Shown: piece after piece, positions 1 to 9,771 of the stretch
Layout of the letters: each line of letters starts with the position of its first letter
How positions within the stretch are numbered: position 1 is the first letter of the stretch
NCBI GenBank assembly: GCA_021814545.1
Contig: JAKAID010000001.1
Location: 41,590-105,589 of the forward strand
Direction of reading: 5' to 3'
From: a bacterium
GTDB taxonomy: Bacteria > Patescibacteriota > Minisyncoccia > UBA6257 > GWB1-50-10
Length of the DNA stretch: 64,000 nt
Notes under the pieces: model-generated
Database searches by the model: none
The model's input: the letters and a program-made list of their open reading frames with translations, nothing else
Told to the model about the DNA's origin: nothing
Program-made: the position numbers and the translations under genes

Positions 1-37
1 TAGTGTTTGTATTCGGTTTTGCTCGTTCCCATAACCC

Positions 38-334
38 ATGAAGGAGAGCCACGTGGCCAATACCCAGGTCGCGAAGTCCAGAATTTCCGAGTATCACAAA
101 TGGTACGTCGAGCCCTTCGACGCGCACACGAACGAAGTTGTTGCGCGCATGCTCGGCCGCGAGGAATGTGCGATGTCGTTCCGCGACGTCGACGGCGTTT
201 CCCGCGATGTCTGGAAGGTGGTTCCAGAGGAGCTCGTGAAGCTCAATCGAAGCTCTCGCCAGCTCGGGCTGAAGTTCGCGACGTTCATGTCCTACATGGA
301 TGGTCCGCTTCACCCCGTCACCCGGAGGCGTTAG
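38..334 (+). CDS. hypothetical protein (98 aa)
   Basis: Complete ORF preceded by an in-frame stop; AAGGAGAG RBS-like motif at 41-48 (alternative GTG start at 53); followed by a rho-independent terminator at 346-380. Confidence 0.4.
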   Translation: MKESHVANTQVAKSRISEYHKWYVEPFDAHTNEVVARMLGREECAMSFRDVDGVSRDVWKVVPEELVKLNRSSRQLGLKFATFMSYMDGPLHPVTRRR

Positions 335-345
335 CCTCCATCTTT

Positions 346-380
346 TGCCCCCGCGCTCATGCGGGGGTTTCGTTTTCTTC
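346..380 (+). terminator. rho-independent terminator
   Basis: Hairpin cccccgcgctcatgcggggg followed by tttcgttttcttc. Confidence 0.6.
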
Positions 381-421
381 TCGTTGCGGGCGGGTAGGAA
401 GACGGGTACACTACAGGTGAT

Positions 422-2128
422 ATGGCGAAGGAAGTCGACCTCATTAAGCAAAAACTACCCGTACTTGAGATGGTGCGTTCGTATGTGACGCTCACCCCCG
501 CGGGGAGGAGCTTTAAGGGGTTGTGTCCATTTCACCAGGAGAAGACGCCCTCGTTTATCGTGTCGCCGGACCGTGGAAGCTGGCACTGTTTTGGTTGCGG
601 GGAGGGCGGGGATATTTTCACGTTCGTGATGAAGTATGAGAACATGGAGTTCCCTGAGGCGCTAAGGTTCCTTGCCGAAAAGGCGGGGGTTCAGATACGC
701 GCGCTGAACCCGCAACATCAGCGGGAGTTCGGCGTGCTCTACGACATTAACGAGGCGGCGAAGGATTTCTATGCGGCGGCACTCGCGAAGCACGCACCCG
801 CGGTTGAATATGTGCGCTCGCGCGGGCTTGCCGATGCGACCGTAAAAGAATTCGCGCTTGGGTTCTCGCCGGGCGGCGAGGCGCTCACCCTCCACCTTAT
901 TAAGCAGGGCTTTGATGTGAACGATGCGGTGCGCGCGGGCCTTATTTATAAGACGGCGCGCAATCTCTACCGCGACCGATTTGAGGGGCGCATTATGTTC
1001 CCCATTTTCAACCAGGTGGGGAAGGTAGTCGCGTTCACCGGTCGCATTTTTGCTGCGCCAGGAGTGACGCCTCCGGACGATGCGCCAAAGTATGTGAACA
1101 GCCCCGAAACGCCGGTGTTCAACAAGTCGCGTGTGCTCTACGGATTGCACGCCTCGAAGCTCAACATCGCGCATGAGAAAACGGTCGTGGTCGTGGAGGG
1201 CCAGATGGATTTTTTGATGGCATATCAGAGCGGCGTGAAGAATGCGGTCGCGGTTTCCGGTACCGGATTCACCGAGCACCATTTGGAAAAATTGCGCCGC
1301 GTGGCGGATACGGTCGTTGCGAGTTTTGATAACGACGATGCGGGGCGGAAGGCGATGGAGCGGATGCTCGACATGTTGAACCGCTACGATTTCCATACGA
1401 AGGTCGTGAGCTTCGGGGAGTTCAAAGACCCTGCGGAGGCGCTCCAGCATGACCCTGATTATCTGCGGCGAGTTCTCGCCGAAGCGAAGCCGGCGTTCGC
1501 GTTTTTGTTCGATAAATATTTCAGTGCTGAAAAGGTGCGTTCTGATGTGGCGCTCAAAAAGCGCGTGGTGGTGCACCTCCTCACGCTCCTCAGCCACCTC
1601 AAGAGTCCGGTAGAGCGTGGAGAGTGGCTGCGTGCGCTCTCGGCCGCTTCCGGTGTGTCAGAGGCAGCGCTTCAGGAGCAGCTTGAGGCGCTCGTGGTAC
1701 CGCAGGAGAAAAAAGAGGAGGCGGAGCATGGGCCGGGCCCATTCGAGGAGAGCAGAGTGAGCCGTATCGCGAAACGGCTTCTTTCCGTCGCCTTTACAAA
1801 CGATGAACTTAAAGGTATTATTTTGAGCAATAAAGAATATATGCCTCGCGGGTTCGTGGATATCCTCGAACACCCCGAGGCGGAATCCGCAGGGATGCTC
1901 CAAATGCAATCTACCTATTTATTTGGGACCGCGGATATAAAAGAGGTGCGCGAAGAATGCGCGGAACTTCTCAAGCAACTCCAGCTTGAATATTTCAAGC
2001 GCGCGCAGGAAGGCGCCCGGGGCGAGATAAAAGAAGCGGAGCAGGCGGATGATGAGGAGAAACTTCGTGCGGCGATCGCGAAGTTCCAAGAATTTTCAAA
2101 AAAGATAAACGAACTCAAACTTCAATGA
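422..2128 (+). CDS. dnaG: DNA primase DnaG
   Basis: CHC2 zinc finger [30 protein letters not shown]; Toprim region [11 protein letters not shown] and DNDDAG. Confidence 0.9.
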   Translation: MAKEVDLIKQKLPVLEMVRSYVTLTPAGRSFKGLCPFHQEKTPSFIVSPDRGSWHCFGCGEGGDIFTFVMKYENMEFPEALRFLAEKAGVQIRALNPQHQREFGVLYDINEAAKDFYAAALAKHAPAVEYVRSRGLADATVKEFALGFSPGGEALTLHLIKQGFDVNDAVRAGLIYKTARNLYRDRFEGRIMFPIFNQVGKVVAFTGRIFAAPGVTPPDDAPKYVNSPETPVFNKSRVLYGLHASKLNIAHEKTVVVVEGQMDFLMAYQSGVKNAVAVSGTGFTEHHLEKLRRVADTVVASFDNDDAGRKAMERMLDMLNRYDFHTKVVSFGEFKDPAEALQHDPDYLRRVLAEAKPAFAFLFDKYFSAEKVRSDVALKKRVVVHLLTLLSHLKSPVERGEWLRALSAASGVSEAALQEQLEALVVPQEKKEEAEHGPGPFEESRVSRIAKRLLSVAFTNDELKGIILSNKEYMPRGFVDILEHPEAESAGMLQMQSTYLFGTADIKEVREECAELLKQLQLEYFKRAQEGARGEIKEAEQADDEEKLRAAIAKFQEFSKKINELKLQ

Positions 2129-3303
2129 AGAAAAAGAACCAGGCGAAGAAGGCGGCAAAGCCGAAGGCGGGCGCGGCTAACGCAAAGAAAATAAAGAAGG
2201 TACGGAAGCTTATCGAGGTGCCGGAAGAGTACCGCGAGCGGCTTGAGGAGCTTGTGAAGCGCGGTCGCGCGCGCGGTTTTGTGAACGATGCGGAAATTTT
2301 GAACTACTTCCCCGACATCGAGAAGAACCTCTCATTCCTTGAAGAGGTGTATGGCCGTTTGGAACAGGAGGGCATCAAGGTGCACGAAACGACCGCGCTT
2401 ATTAAGACCGTCGATACGGAGCGCGAGGAGGTTTCGGCAAAAGAATTGCAGGACGCTACGCGCATTGAGCACGACCTTCCCGATGCGGTGCAGATGTACC
2501 TGAAAGAAATCGGCAGGACGCCGCTTTTGACTTCAAAGGAAGAGAAGGAGCTTGCGCGCCGCATTGAGGCGGGCGATGAGATAGCACGCCAGAAGCTTAT
2601 CCAGGCGAACCTTCGCCTTGTGGTTTCTATCGCAAAACGGTATGTGAACCGCAGTCCGCACCTTTCCATCCTTGACCTTATTCAGGAGGGGAACATCGGC
2701 CTCTCGCGTGCGGTCGACAAATTCGACTATCGCCGCGGGTTCAAATTTTCGACGTACGCGACCTGGTGGATACGCCAGGCAGTGACCCGTGCGCTCGCGG
2801 ACTATTCGCGCACCATTCGCATTCCGGTCCACATGGTGGAGACGATTACCAAGTACACGCAGACGAAGCGCCGCCTGATGCAGGAGCTTGGGCGTGAACC
2901 ACTGCCCGAGGAGATAGCGACCGAAATGAACCTCGATGTCGAGAAGGTGCATTATATCCAGAAGATATCGCAGGAAGTCATTTCGCTTGAGACACCCATC
3001 GGCGATGATGACGAAGATTCGACGCTTTCCGATTTCATTAAAGACGAGACGAGCATGAGCCCGGACCAGCTCGCGAACGCGGCGCTGCTCCGCGACCAGA
3101 TACGCGAAGTGCTGACGGACCTTACCGAGCGCGAGCGGAAAATTCTCTCGATGCGCTTCGGACTCGAAGACAACATCCCCCACACGCTTGAGGAGGTGGG
3201 TAAGGTGTTTGGCGTTACGCGTGAACGCATCCGCCAGATCGAAGCGAAGGCACTCGATAAGATACGCAACCATAAAGACATCAAAAAGCTCGAGGGGTAT
3301 TAA
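2125..3303 (+). CDS. rpoD: RNA polymerase sigma-70 factor RpoD
   Basis: Region 2 [29 protein letters not shown]; region 4 [22 protein letters not shown]; 4-nt overlap with dnaG stop. Confidence 0.9.
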   Translation: MKKKNQAKKAAKPKAGAANAKKIKKVRKLIEVPEEYRERLEELVKRGRARGFVNDAEILNYFPDIEKNLSFLEEVYGRLEQEGIKVHETTALIKTVDTEREEVSAKELQDATRIEHDLPDAVQMYLKEIGRTPLLTSKEEKELARRIEAGDEIARQKLIQANLRLVVSIAKRYVNRSPHLSILDLIQEGNIGLSRAVDKFDYRRGFKFSTYATWWIRQAVTRALADYSRTIRIPVHMVETITKYTQTKRRLMQELGREPLPEEIATEMNLDVEKVHYIQKISQEVISLETPIGDDDEDSTLSDFIKDETSMSPDQLANAALLRDQIREVLTDLTERERKILSMRFGLEDNIPHTLEEVGKVFGVTRERIRQIEAKALDKIRNHKDIKKLEGY

Positions 3304-3383
3304 GCGGTTGACGCGGATGGAGATAAAAAGTATGGTAGGGCAAGTTCCCTGCCATATTTTTTATCCAAGAAAGGAAGGAATCC

Positions 3384-3746
3384 ATGCGTTCCCTCTGGGG
3401 CAGATGGGCTGAACTCGAGAGCAGGGCGGTCGCGGCAGAAAAAGAGCAGATGGGGCTTGTTGTCGAGTTCATCGAGAAGCATCGGAAGCAGTTTCCCACC
3501 GTCGTGGTGACATGGGAGATAGAATCGGGCGGCATCAAGGCCGAACCCATGCTCATCCTCGCACGCCTCTCGAAGAATATCGGTTTTACTGACCGCGCAT
3601 TCTTCCGCATCGTGAGGCCGGCTATCGCGAAGGCGCCCGCGCATGCGGTGAAGCTCGACAACCGCGAGGTGCGCGCGCTCATGCGCAACACCGATTTCGT
3701 GTCGGAGGTCGCGAGCCTCCAGGGCAGACTTCCCCTCACCGGATAA
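3384..3746 (+). CDS. hypothetical protein (120 aa)
   Basis: ORF downstream of rpoD followed by a strong terminator. Confidence 0.4.
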   Translation: MRSLWGRWAELESRAVAAEKEQMGLVVEFIEKHRKQFPTVVVTWEIESGGIKAEPMLILARLSKNIGFTDRAFFRIVRPAIAKAPAHAVKLDNREVRALMRNTDFVSEVASLQGRLPLTG

Positions 3747-3762
3747 CCCGTTCGTTCAATAA

Positions 3763-3790
3763 CCGCCGTATACCCCGGCGGTTTTTTTCT
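3763..3790 (+). terminator. rho-independent terminator
   Basis: ccgccgtataccccggcgg followed by T7. Confidence 0.75.
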
Positions 3791-3816
3791 GGAAAAAAGG
3801 CAGCGGGTGCGCTACA

Positions 3817-5601
3817 ATGCACAATACTATGGTTCGCGTGACCACGAACGAAATGCGCGAGAAGTTCCTTGCCTTTTTCAGGTCAAAAGGACATACGATA
3901 ATCCCGTCCGCTTCTCTTATTCCCGAAAATGACCCAACGGTGCTTTTCACGACCGCGGGCATGCACCCCCTGGTTCCGTATCTCCTTGGCGAAACACACC
4001 CGGGCGGCAAGCGCTTGGCGGACGTGCAAAAGTGCATCCGCACGGGCGATATTGACGAGGTGGGAGACGCAACACACCTCACTTTTTTTGAAATGCTTGG
4101 CAACTGGTCGCTCGGCGACTATTTCAAAAAAGAGGCTATCGAGTGGAGCTATGAATTTCTGACCTCGCCCGAGTGGCTGAACCTCGATAAGAACCGCCTC
4201 GCGGTATCGGTGTTCGCAGGCGACAGCGATGCGCCTTTTGATGATGAGGCGTTCGCGATATGGAGGCGGCTTGGTATTCCAGAACCGCGCATCGCAAAAC
4301 TGCCGAAAAAAAATAACTGGTGGGGGCCGGCAGGTGAGACGGGGCCGTGCGGTCCGGACACGGAGATTTTCTATTGGACAGGGGACCCGAATCAGGTGCC
4401 CACGGGCTTTAACGACGACCACCCGCTCTGGGTGGAGATTTGGAACAATGTTTTTATGCAGTACTTCAAGGATAAGGAGGGTAAGTTCACTCCCTTGAAG
4501 CAGAAAAATGTGGATACGGGGATGGGCCTTGAGCGCGTGACGGCGATTTTGAATAACACCGAGGTGTATTCGATTGATGTGTTCCAGCCCATCATTGCAC
4601 TCATCGAGAAGTTGTCAGGAAAGAAGTATGGCGAGAGCGATGAAGTAACGCGGGCGATGCGCATTATTGCCGACCACATTCGCGCGGCGACGTTTATCAT
4701 CGGCGACCCGCGCGGCATCGTGCCCTCAAATGTTGGTCAGGGGTATGTATTGCGCCGGCTCATCCGTCGTGCGGTGCGCTACGGCAAGCAGCTTGGCATT
4801 GCTGACTATTTCGCGGCACGCGTTGCTGAACAGGTTGTTGCGCAGTTCAAGACAGCGTATCCCGAGCTTGTGGCGAACCAGGGAAAAATAACGAGCGAGC
4901 TTGCGAATGAGGAAAAGAAGTTCAGCGTAGCGCTTGAGAAGGGCCTGCGTGAATTTTCAAAGCTGAAACAGATAGATGGCAAGGTTGCATTTGACCTCTA
5001 CCAGTCGTACGGCTTTCCCATCGAGCTCACGGTTGAGCTTGCACGCGAGCACGGCTTTTCGGTTGATATGAAGATGTTCGAAGAGGAGTTCAAAAAGCAT
5101 CAGGAACTCTCGCGCACGGCGTCCGCGGGCACTTTCAAAGGCGGCCTCGCGGATAATTCCGAGGTGGTGGTGAAATATCATACCGCCACACACCTGCTCC
5201 ATGAGGCGCTTCGTGAAGTGCTTGGAACTCATGTAGAACAAAAAGGGAGTAATATCACTGCCGAGCGCATGCGGTTCGATTTTTCGCACCCTGCGAAGCT
5301 CACATCCGACGAGGTAAAACGGGTTGAGGAAAAGGTGAATGAGGTTATCAAGCGCGACCTGCCTGCGCATTTTGAAATGCTTACGGTAGAAGAGGCAAAG
5401 GCGCGGGGCGCTATCGGGCTCTTTGAAGACAAGTACGCAAAACTCGGTAACAAGGTAAAAGTATATTTTATCGGCGACTATTCAAAAGAAATTTGCGGAG
5501 GGCCCCATGTGGGACATACGGGCGCTATTGGCACATTCAAAATTCAAAAAGAGGAGGCGGTTTCCGCAGGTGTGCGCAGGATTCGCGCAGTTATTTCATA
5601 A
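3817..5601 (+). CDS. alaS: alanyl-tRNA synthetase, compact form (594 aa) lacking the long C-terminal domain
   Basis: N-terminal class II catalytic core FLAFFRSKGHTIIPSASLIPENDPTVLFTTAGM; editing-domain HxxxH motif HTATHLLHEAL. Confidence 0.85.
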   Translation: MHNTMVRVTTNEMREKFLAFFRSKGHTIIPSASLIPENDPTVLFTTAGMHPLVPYLLGETHPGGKRLADVQKCIRTGDIDEVGDATHLTFFEMLGNWSLGDYFKKEAIEWSYEFLTSPEWLNLDKNRLAVSVFAGDSDAPFDDEAFAIWRRLGIPEPRIAKLPKKNNWWGPAGETGPCGPDTEIFYWTGDPNQVPTGFNDDHPLWVEIWNNVFMQYFKDKEGKFTPLKQKNVDTGMGLERVTAILNNTEVYSIDVFQPIIALIEKLSGKKYGESDEVTRAMRIIADHIRAATFIIGDPRGIVPSNVGQGYVLRRLIRRAVRYGKQLGIADYFAARVAEQVVAQFKTAYPELVANQGKITSELANEEKKFSVALEKGLREFSKLKQIDGKVAFDLYQSYGFPIELTVELAREHGFSVDMKMFEEEFKKHQELSRTASAGTFKGGLADNSEVVVKYHTATHLLHEALREVLGTHVEQKGSNITAERMRFDFSHPAKLTSDEVKRVEEKVNEVIKRDLPAHFEMLTVEEAKARGAIGLFEDKYAKLGNKVKVYFIGDYSKEICGGPHVGHTGAIGTFKIQKEEAVSAGVRRIRAVIS

Positions 5602-5633
5602 GTGAATAGCTCGGTTAAGGTATAATAAATTAA

Positions 5634-7361
5634 ATGGCTGACGAGCGTCGCGATATCGTATATTTTGGCCGTACCAATTTCCGCAATCAGGACCGGCTTT
5701 TTGGTATTCGCCGCCGTGATAGGAGGCAGCACATGTACGTGATAGGGCAGACCGGCACCGGCAAGTCCAACATGATACACAACATGATCATGCAGGACAT
5801 CGCGAACGGCGAGGGGGTATGCCTCGTGGACCCGCACGGCGAGAACGTGGAGGGTATTTTGCAAAAAATCCCCGAGGAGCGTCTGAACGACGTTGTCTAT
5901 TTCAATCCCGCCGATACGGAGTTCAATATCGGTTTCAACGTACTCGAAATTCCCGACCCGAAGTACAAGCACCTTGTCGCTTCGGGCCTTATGGGTATTT
6001 TTACAAAGATTTGGTCGGGGGTGTGGTCGGCGCGCATGGAGTACATCATGAACAATGCGATTTTGGCGCTCCTCGAAACCCCCGGCACCACACTCCTTGG
6101 CATCACCCGCCTTCTTGTCGACAAGGAGTACCGCAGGGAGATAGTGGCGAATATTAAAGACCCGGTCGTGAAGGCATTTTGGGTGAACGAGTACGAGGAG
6201 TGGAAGGAGCAGTTCAGGAATGAGGCTATCGCGCCCATCCAGAACAAGGTGGGCCAGTTCCTTTCGACACCGCTCGTACGCAATATCGTGGGTCAGTCGA
6301 AGAGCACCATTGATATCGCGGAAATCATGAACTCGGGGAAGATATTCCTGGTGAACGTGTCAAAGGGGCGCATTGGTGAAGACAACTCGGCGCTCCTTGG
6401 CGCCATGCTTATCACGAAAATCCAGCTTGCGGCGATGGAGCGCGTGCGCATCCCCGAAGAAGAGCGCATCGATTTCTATCTGTATGTCGACGAGTTCCAG
6501 AATTTTGCCACGGATTCGTTCGCGAATATTCTTTCCGAAGCGCGCAAATACTATTTGAACCTTATTCTCGCGCATCAGTACATTGGCCAGCTTGTGACGG
6601 ACGCCTCGACCAAGGTGCGCGATGCCGTATTCGGCAACGTAGGTACCATGGTAACGTTCCGCGTAGGCGCGACAGACGCCGCATTCTTGGAAAAAGAATT
6701 CGAACCAGAATTTGGCATTCAGGACATGGTGAATTTGCCGAACTATCACATTTATCTGAAGCTCCTCGTGGGTGGCGTGCGCAGCAGACCGTTCTCAGCG
6801 ACGACCCTGCCGCCGCTTGAACTTGCAGCGTCGGGCGATATCGCCGCGCGCGTTATCCAAAATTCCCGAAAGCGCTATGCACTGCCGAGCAGCGTGGTTG
6901 AGGAAGATATACAGAACTGGAGTAGTGCGGGGGCGAAACCAGAGAATGAGGCAGATTGTATGAATTGCGGAAAGCATGTGAAGCTTCCTTTTACGCCATC
7001 GCCTGGGCGGCCGGTATATTGCCCCGATTGTTATGCGAAAGTGAAGTCGGGCGAGATAAAGTCGGCGCGGGTGACCGAGCGTGAACGCAAGGGAGGGGAA
7101 GCCGAATATCTTGGGTCCGAACAGCCCATACAGCGGCCCGAACGTCCGCAGGGTGCACGCCAGGGTCCTGCGCGCCCCGCAAGGAAAGCAACTATCGTCC
7201 GCGAGGGTCATACCGCAAAAGAGGCGGAACGTCCCGCGATAAGTTTGCGCGAATTGAAGCCCGTAGTGCCAAAAGAAGAGAAGCCGCGCACGCAAGGGGC
7301 GCAAAACTTGAGCGAACTTCGAAGGTCGCTTGAAGAGGCGATAGGGAAATTGAAGAAATAA
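5634..7361 (+). CDS. VirD4/TraD/TraG-like type IV coupling-protein family P-loop ATPase with a C-terminal zinc ribbon and basic tail
   Basis: Walker A GQTGTGKSN; Walker B YLYVDEFQNF; C-terminal CMNCGKHV...YCPDCYAK followed by a K/R/E-rich tail. Confidence 0.5.
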   Translation: MADERRDIVYFGRTNFRNQDRLFGIRRRDRRQHMYVIGQTGTGKSNMIHNMIMQDIANGEGVCLVDPHGENVEGILQKIPEERLNDVVYFNPADTEFNIGFNVLEIPDPKYKHLVASGLMGIFTKIWSGVWSARMEYIMNNAILALLETPGTTLLGITRLLVDKEYRREIVANIKDPVVKAFWVNEYEEWKEQFRNEAIAPIQNKVGQFLSTPLVRNIVGQSKSTIDIAEIMNSGKIFLVNVSKGRIGEDNSALLGAMLITKIQLAAMERVRIPEEERIDFYLYVDEFQNFATDSFANILSEARKYYLNLILAHQYIGQLVTDASTKVRDAVFGNVGTMVTFRVGATDAAFLEKEFEPEFGIQDMVNLPNYHIYLKLLVGGVRSRPFSATTLPPLELAASGDIAARVIQNSRKRYALPSSVVEEDIQNWSSAGAKPENEADCMNCGKHVKLPFTPSPGRPVYCPDCYAKVKSGEIKSARVTERERKGGEAEYLGSEQPIQRPERPQGARQGPARPARKATIVREGHTAKEAERPAISLRELKPVVPKEEKPRTQGAQNLSELRRSLEEAIGKLKK

Positions 7362-7363
7362 AA

Positions 7364-7390
7364 AATCCCCCGAGCGGGGGATTTTTTATT
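7364..7390. terminator. bidirectional rho-independent terminator
   Basis: aaaaatcccccgagcgggggattttttatt between the convergent ATPase gene and efp. Confidence 0.75.
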
Positions 7391-7970
7391 AGCTCTTATC
7401 GACGCGCTCGACGTATTCGCCGGTCGTCGTGTTTACTTTGACAACATCTCCTTCGTTGATGAAGAGGGGAACATTCACATTTGCGCCCGACTCAAGCACT
7501 ACTGATTTCGTGCCGCCCTGCGCCGTGTTGCCCTTTATTGCGGGAGGAGCTTCTACAACTTTAAGGTCCATTTTTACGGGAAGTTCGATGTTCACGAACT
7601 TGTCGCCGTACTTGTATGATTTCACTTCCGTGCTCGGTTTCAGGAACTTCGCGGCATCGCCGAGGAGGTCGGTAGTAAGGGAGAAGCGGTTTTTCGGGTT
7701 TCCTTTTTCGTTAAACCAGTACTGGCCTTTGGTTTCATAGATGAATATCACCGGAAGCATATCAATTTCCGCCTCGCGGAAGTCTTCATTCTGGTGCGCG
7801 GCATATTCGAGCACTTTGCCCGTTAAAAGATTCTTAATTTTTAACTGTGCGACCGGCTTCCTCTGCTGCATGCGGATGAAGGCATATTCTTTCACCTCAT
7901 ACGGGTCTGGGTCGTCGTTCTTGGTGAATATGGTACCGATCTTCAATTCGTTATATGCGAGTTGTGCCAT
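7389..7970 (-). CDS. efp: elongation factor P
   Basis: 193 aa; C-terminal KFVNIELPVKMDLKVVEAPP...VPLFINEGDVVKVNTTTGEYVERV characteristic of EF-P. Confidence 0.9.
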   Translation of the reverse strand: MAQLAYNELKIGTIFTKNDDPDPYEVKEYAFIRMQQRKPVAQLKIKNLLTGKVLEYAAHQNEDFREAEIDMLPVIFIYETKGQYWFNEKGNPKNRFSLTTDLLGDAAKFLKPSTEVKSYKYGDKFVNIELPVKMDLKVVEAPPAIKGNTAQGGTKSVVLESGANVNVPLFINEGDVVKVNTTTGEYVERVDKS

Positions 7971-8011
7971 AGCAGGGGTTATTATACGGAAAATTTGAAA
8001 AAAGGCAACCG

Positions 8012-9211
8012 ATGCAATATGATTTCCCGTATCCTATGTCAAGGATGGCGATGAGAACAAAGGGGAGGGTATTCGTGGGGATGTCCGGCGGAGTGGATAG
8101 CTCCGTTGCGGCGTTTCTGTTGAGGCGCGCGGGGTATGACGTTACGGGTGTCTTTATCAAGTGCTACAACATCGACGGGTGTGCGGAGCGTGATGCAGAG
8201 GATGCGCGCCGGGTCGCGGGGCAGCTTGAGATTCCTTTCTATGTGTTCGATCTCGAGAAGGAGTATAAAAAGAAAGTGGTGCAATACATGATAGACGGAT
8301 ACAAGGCGGGCATTACGCCGAATCCGGACGTGATGTGCAACAAAGAGATAAAGTTCGGACTGTTTCTGAAACGCGCCTTGTCGCTTGGGGCTGACTATGT
8401 GGCAACGGGGCACTACGTGAAACTTATTAATTCGCTTCGCGCCCCCTCGGAGAGTGTCTCCGGGGCGACGCCCAAGTCTTACTCTCCTCGCGGGCGCGAA
8501 GCTTCTTCCCTTTCTCTCGCGATAGCAGAGGACAAGAATAAAGACCAGTCATACTTTTTGTGGACGCTTACGCAGAACGAGCTGCGGCACTGCCTCTTTC
8601 CGCTCGGAGAACTCACAAAACCGGAGGTGCGCGCCATTGCGAAGAAGGCAGGACTTGTGACCGCAGAAAAGAAAGATTCGCAGGGCATCTGCTTTTTAGG
8701 AATGGTGGATCTCAAAAGTTTTTTAAAAAAATACATCAAGACAAAGAAGGGAGAGGTGCTTTCGACCGAGGGCGAGGGTATCGGCGAGCATGATGGCGCG
8801 CAGTTCTACACGATAGGGCAGAGGCACGGGTTCCGATTAACGGCGCCCGTTAGAAAGGGCGCGCACGAAACGCAGCCGCACTATGTGGTGGGGAAGGACG
8901 TAAGACATAACACCATCACCGTTGCGGAAGGGAGCGCACATAACGCGCTCTTCAGAAAAACGCTTTTGCTCGCGAACGTGAATATCGTCACCCCAGTAAA
9001 GCAAACGGAGAAGGTCTTGGCACGCGTGCGCTATCGGCAGCCACTTTCGCCCGCAACGCTTGCTAAAAAAGGCGCGGGCGCAAAAACGCGCTATGTGCTT
9101 ACGTTTGCGAAGTCCCAAAAGTTCGTTGCGGAGGGGCAATCAGCTGTTTTCTACAAAAAGGGAGGGGGGCTGGTCGGGGGAGGTATTATCGTGTATAATG
9201 GTTTGGCATGA
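8012..9211 (+). CDS. mnmA: tRNA-specific 2-thiouridylase MnmA carrying a 23-codon in-frame insertion of a palindromic repeat (8434-8502)
   Basis: PP-loop VGMSGGVDSSVAA; GHY...NKDQSYFLW region; an extra ~23 aa (SLRAPSESVSGATPKSYSPRGRE) where E. coli MnmA has ~18 aa. Confidence 0.85.
   Translation: MQYDFPYPMSRMAMRTKGRVFVGMSGGVDSSVAAFLLRRAGYDVTGVFIKCYNIDGCAERDAEDARRVAGQLEIPFYVFDLEKEYKKKVVQYMIDGYKAGITPNPDVMCNKEIKFGLFLKRALSLGADYVATGHYVKLINSLRAPSESVSGATPKSYSPRGREASSLSLAIAEDKNKDQSYFLWTLTQNELRHCLFPLGELTKPEVRAIAKKAGLVTAEKKDSQGICFLGMVDLKSFLKKYIKTKKGEVLSTEGEGIGEHDGAQFYTIGQRHGFRLTAPVRKGAHETQPHYVVGKDVRHNTITVAEGSAHNALFRKTLLLANVNIVTPVKQTEKVLARVRYRQPLSPATLAKKGAGAKTRYVLTFAKSQKFVAEGQSAVFYKKGGGLVGGGIIVYNGLA
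8434..8502. repeat. family B palindromic element, copy B1, in frame within mnmA
   Basis: Outer inverted repeat gcttcgcgccc/gggcgcgaagc; inner stem ggagagt/actctcc; 29-nt core gtgtctccggggcgacgcccaagtcttac (8454-8482) identical to 18236-18264; 69 nt = 23 codons. Confidence 0.7.
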
Positions 9212-9768
9212 AAAAGATATTCGGAGTTATTGCCGTAATAGCTTTGTTTTTTGCGGTTTTCCCGTTCGCACGCGCGGAGTCGAAGGTGCCTGTTAAGGCG
9301 TCCGCAACCTCGAGTCAGCCCACGAAGTGGGATATTTTGAATTTGATGCAGCACGGCGCGCTCCAAGCGACCTCGTCCTATGAAGCGACGTTCACCGATG
9401 ATGAAATAAACGAATTTTTGAACCAGGAGCTTGCTCAGCACAAAATGACATGGTTCGTTGACCGTGCGGCGGTACAGTTCCACGCGGATTCGGCGGATAT
9501 CACGCTTCACGTATTGCGCCCCTTTGCGGGAGACTTAGCGGTGAACGTGGTGCCGCAGGTCGCGGATGGTGAGGCAAGCATGGTAATCAATTCATCGTGG
9601 TACGGGTATCTCCCGTGGCCCTCGTCATTCTTCGAGCGCGTAGGCGATTTCATTTTGAAAAAAAAGACGATAGACGATTGGTTTTCGATCGAGAATGGGA
9701 AGTGGGACGCGATAACGCTGAGCGATGGCTCGGTTACCGTGAAAGTAAGTGGAACGGGCGAGAAATAA
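9208..9768 (+). CDS. secreted hypothetical protein (signal peptide)
   Basis: N-terminal MKKIFGVIAVIALFFAVFPFARA; ATGA overlap with the mnmA stop; immediately upstream of comEC. Confidence 0.45.
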   Translation: MKKIFGVIAVIALFFAVFPFARAESKVPVKASATSSQPTKWDILNLMQHGALQATSSYEATFTDDEINEFLNQELAQHKMTWFVDRAAVQFHADSADITLHVLRPFAGDLAVNVVPQVADGEASMVINSSWYGYLPWPSSFFERVGDFILKKKTIDDWFSIENGKWDAITLSDGSVTVKVSGTGEK

Positions 9769-9771
9769 ATA

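Noticed and set aside
662-1597. 311-aa minus-strand ORF
   Set aside because: Antisense to dnaG; Arg-rich and low complexity; no start or RBS context.
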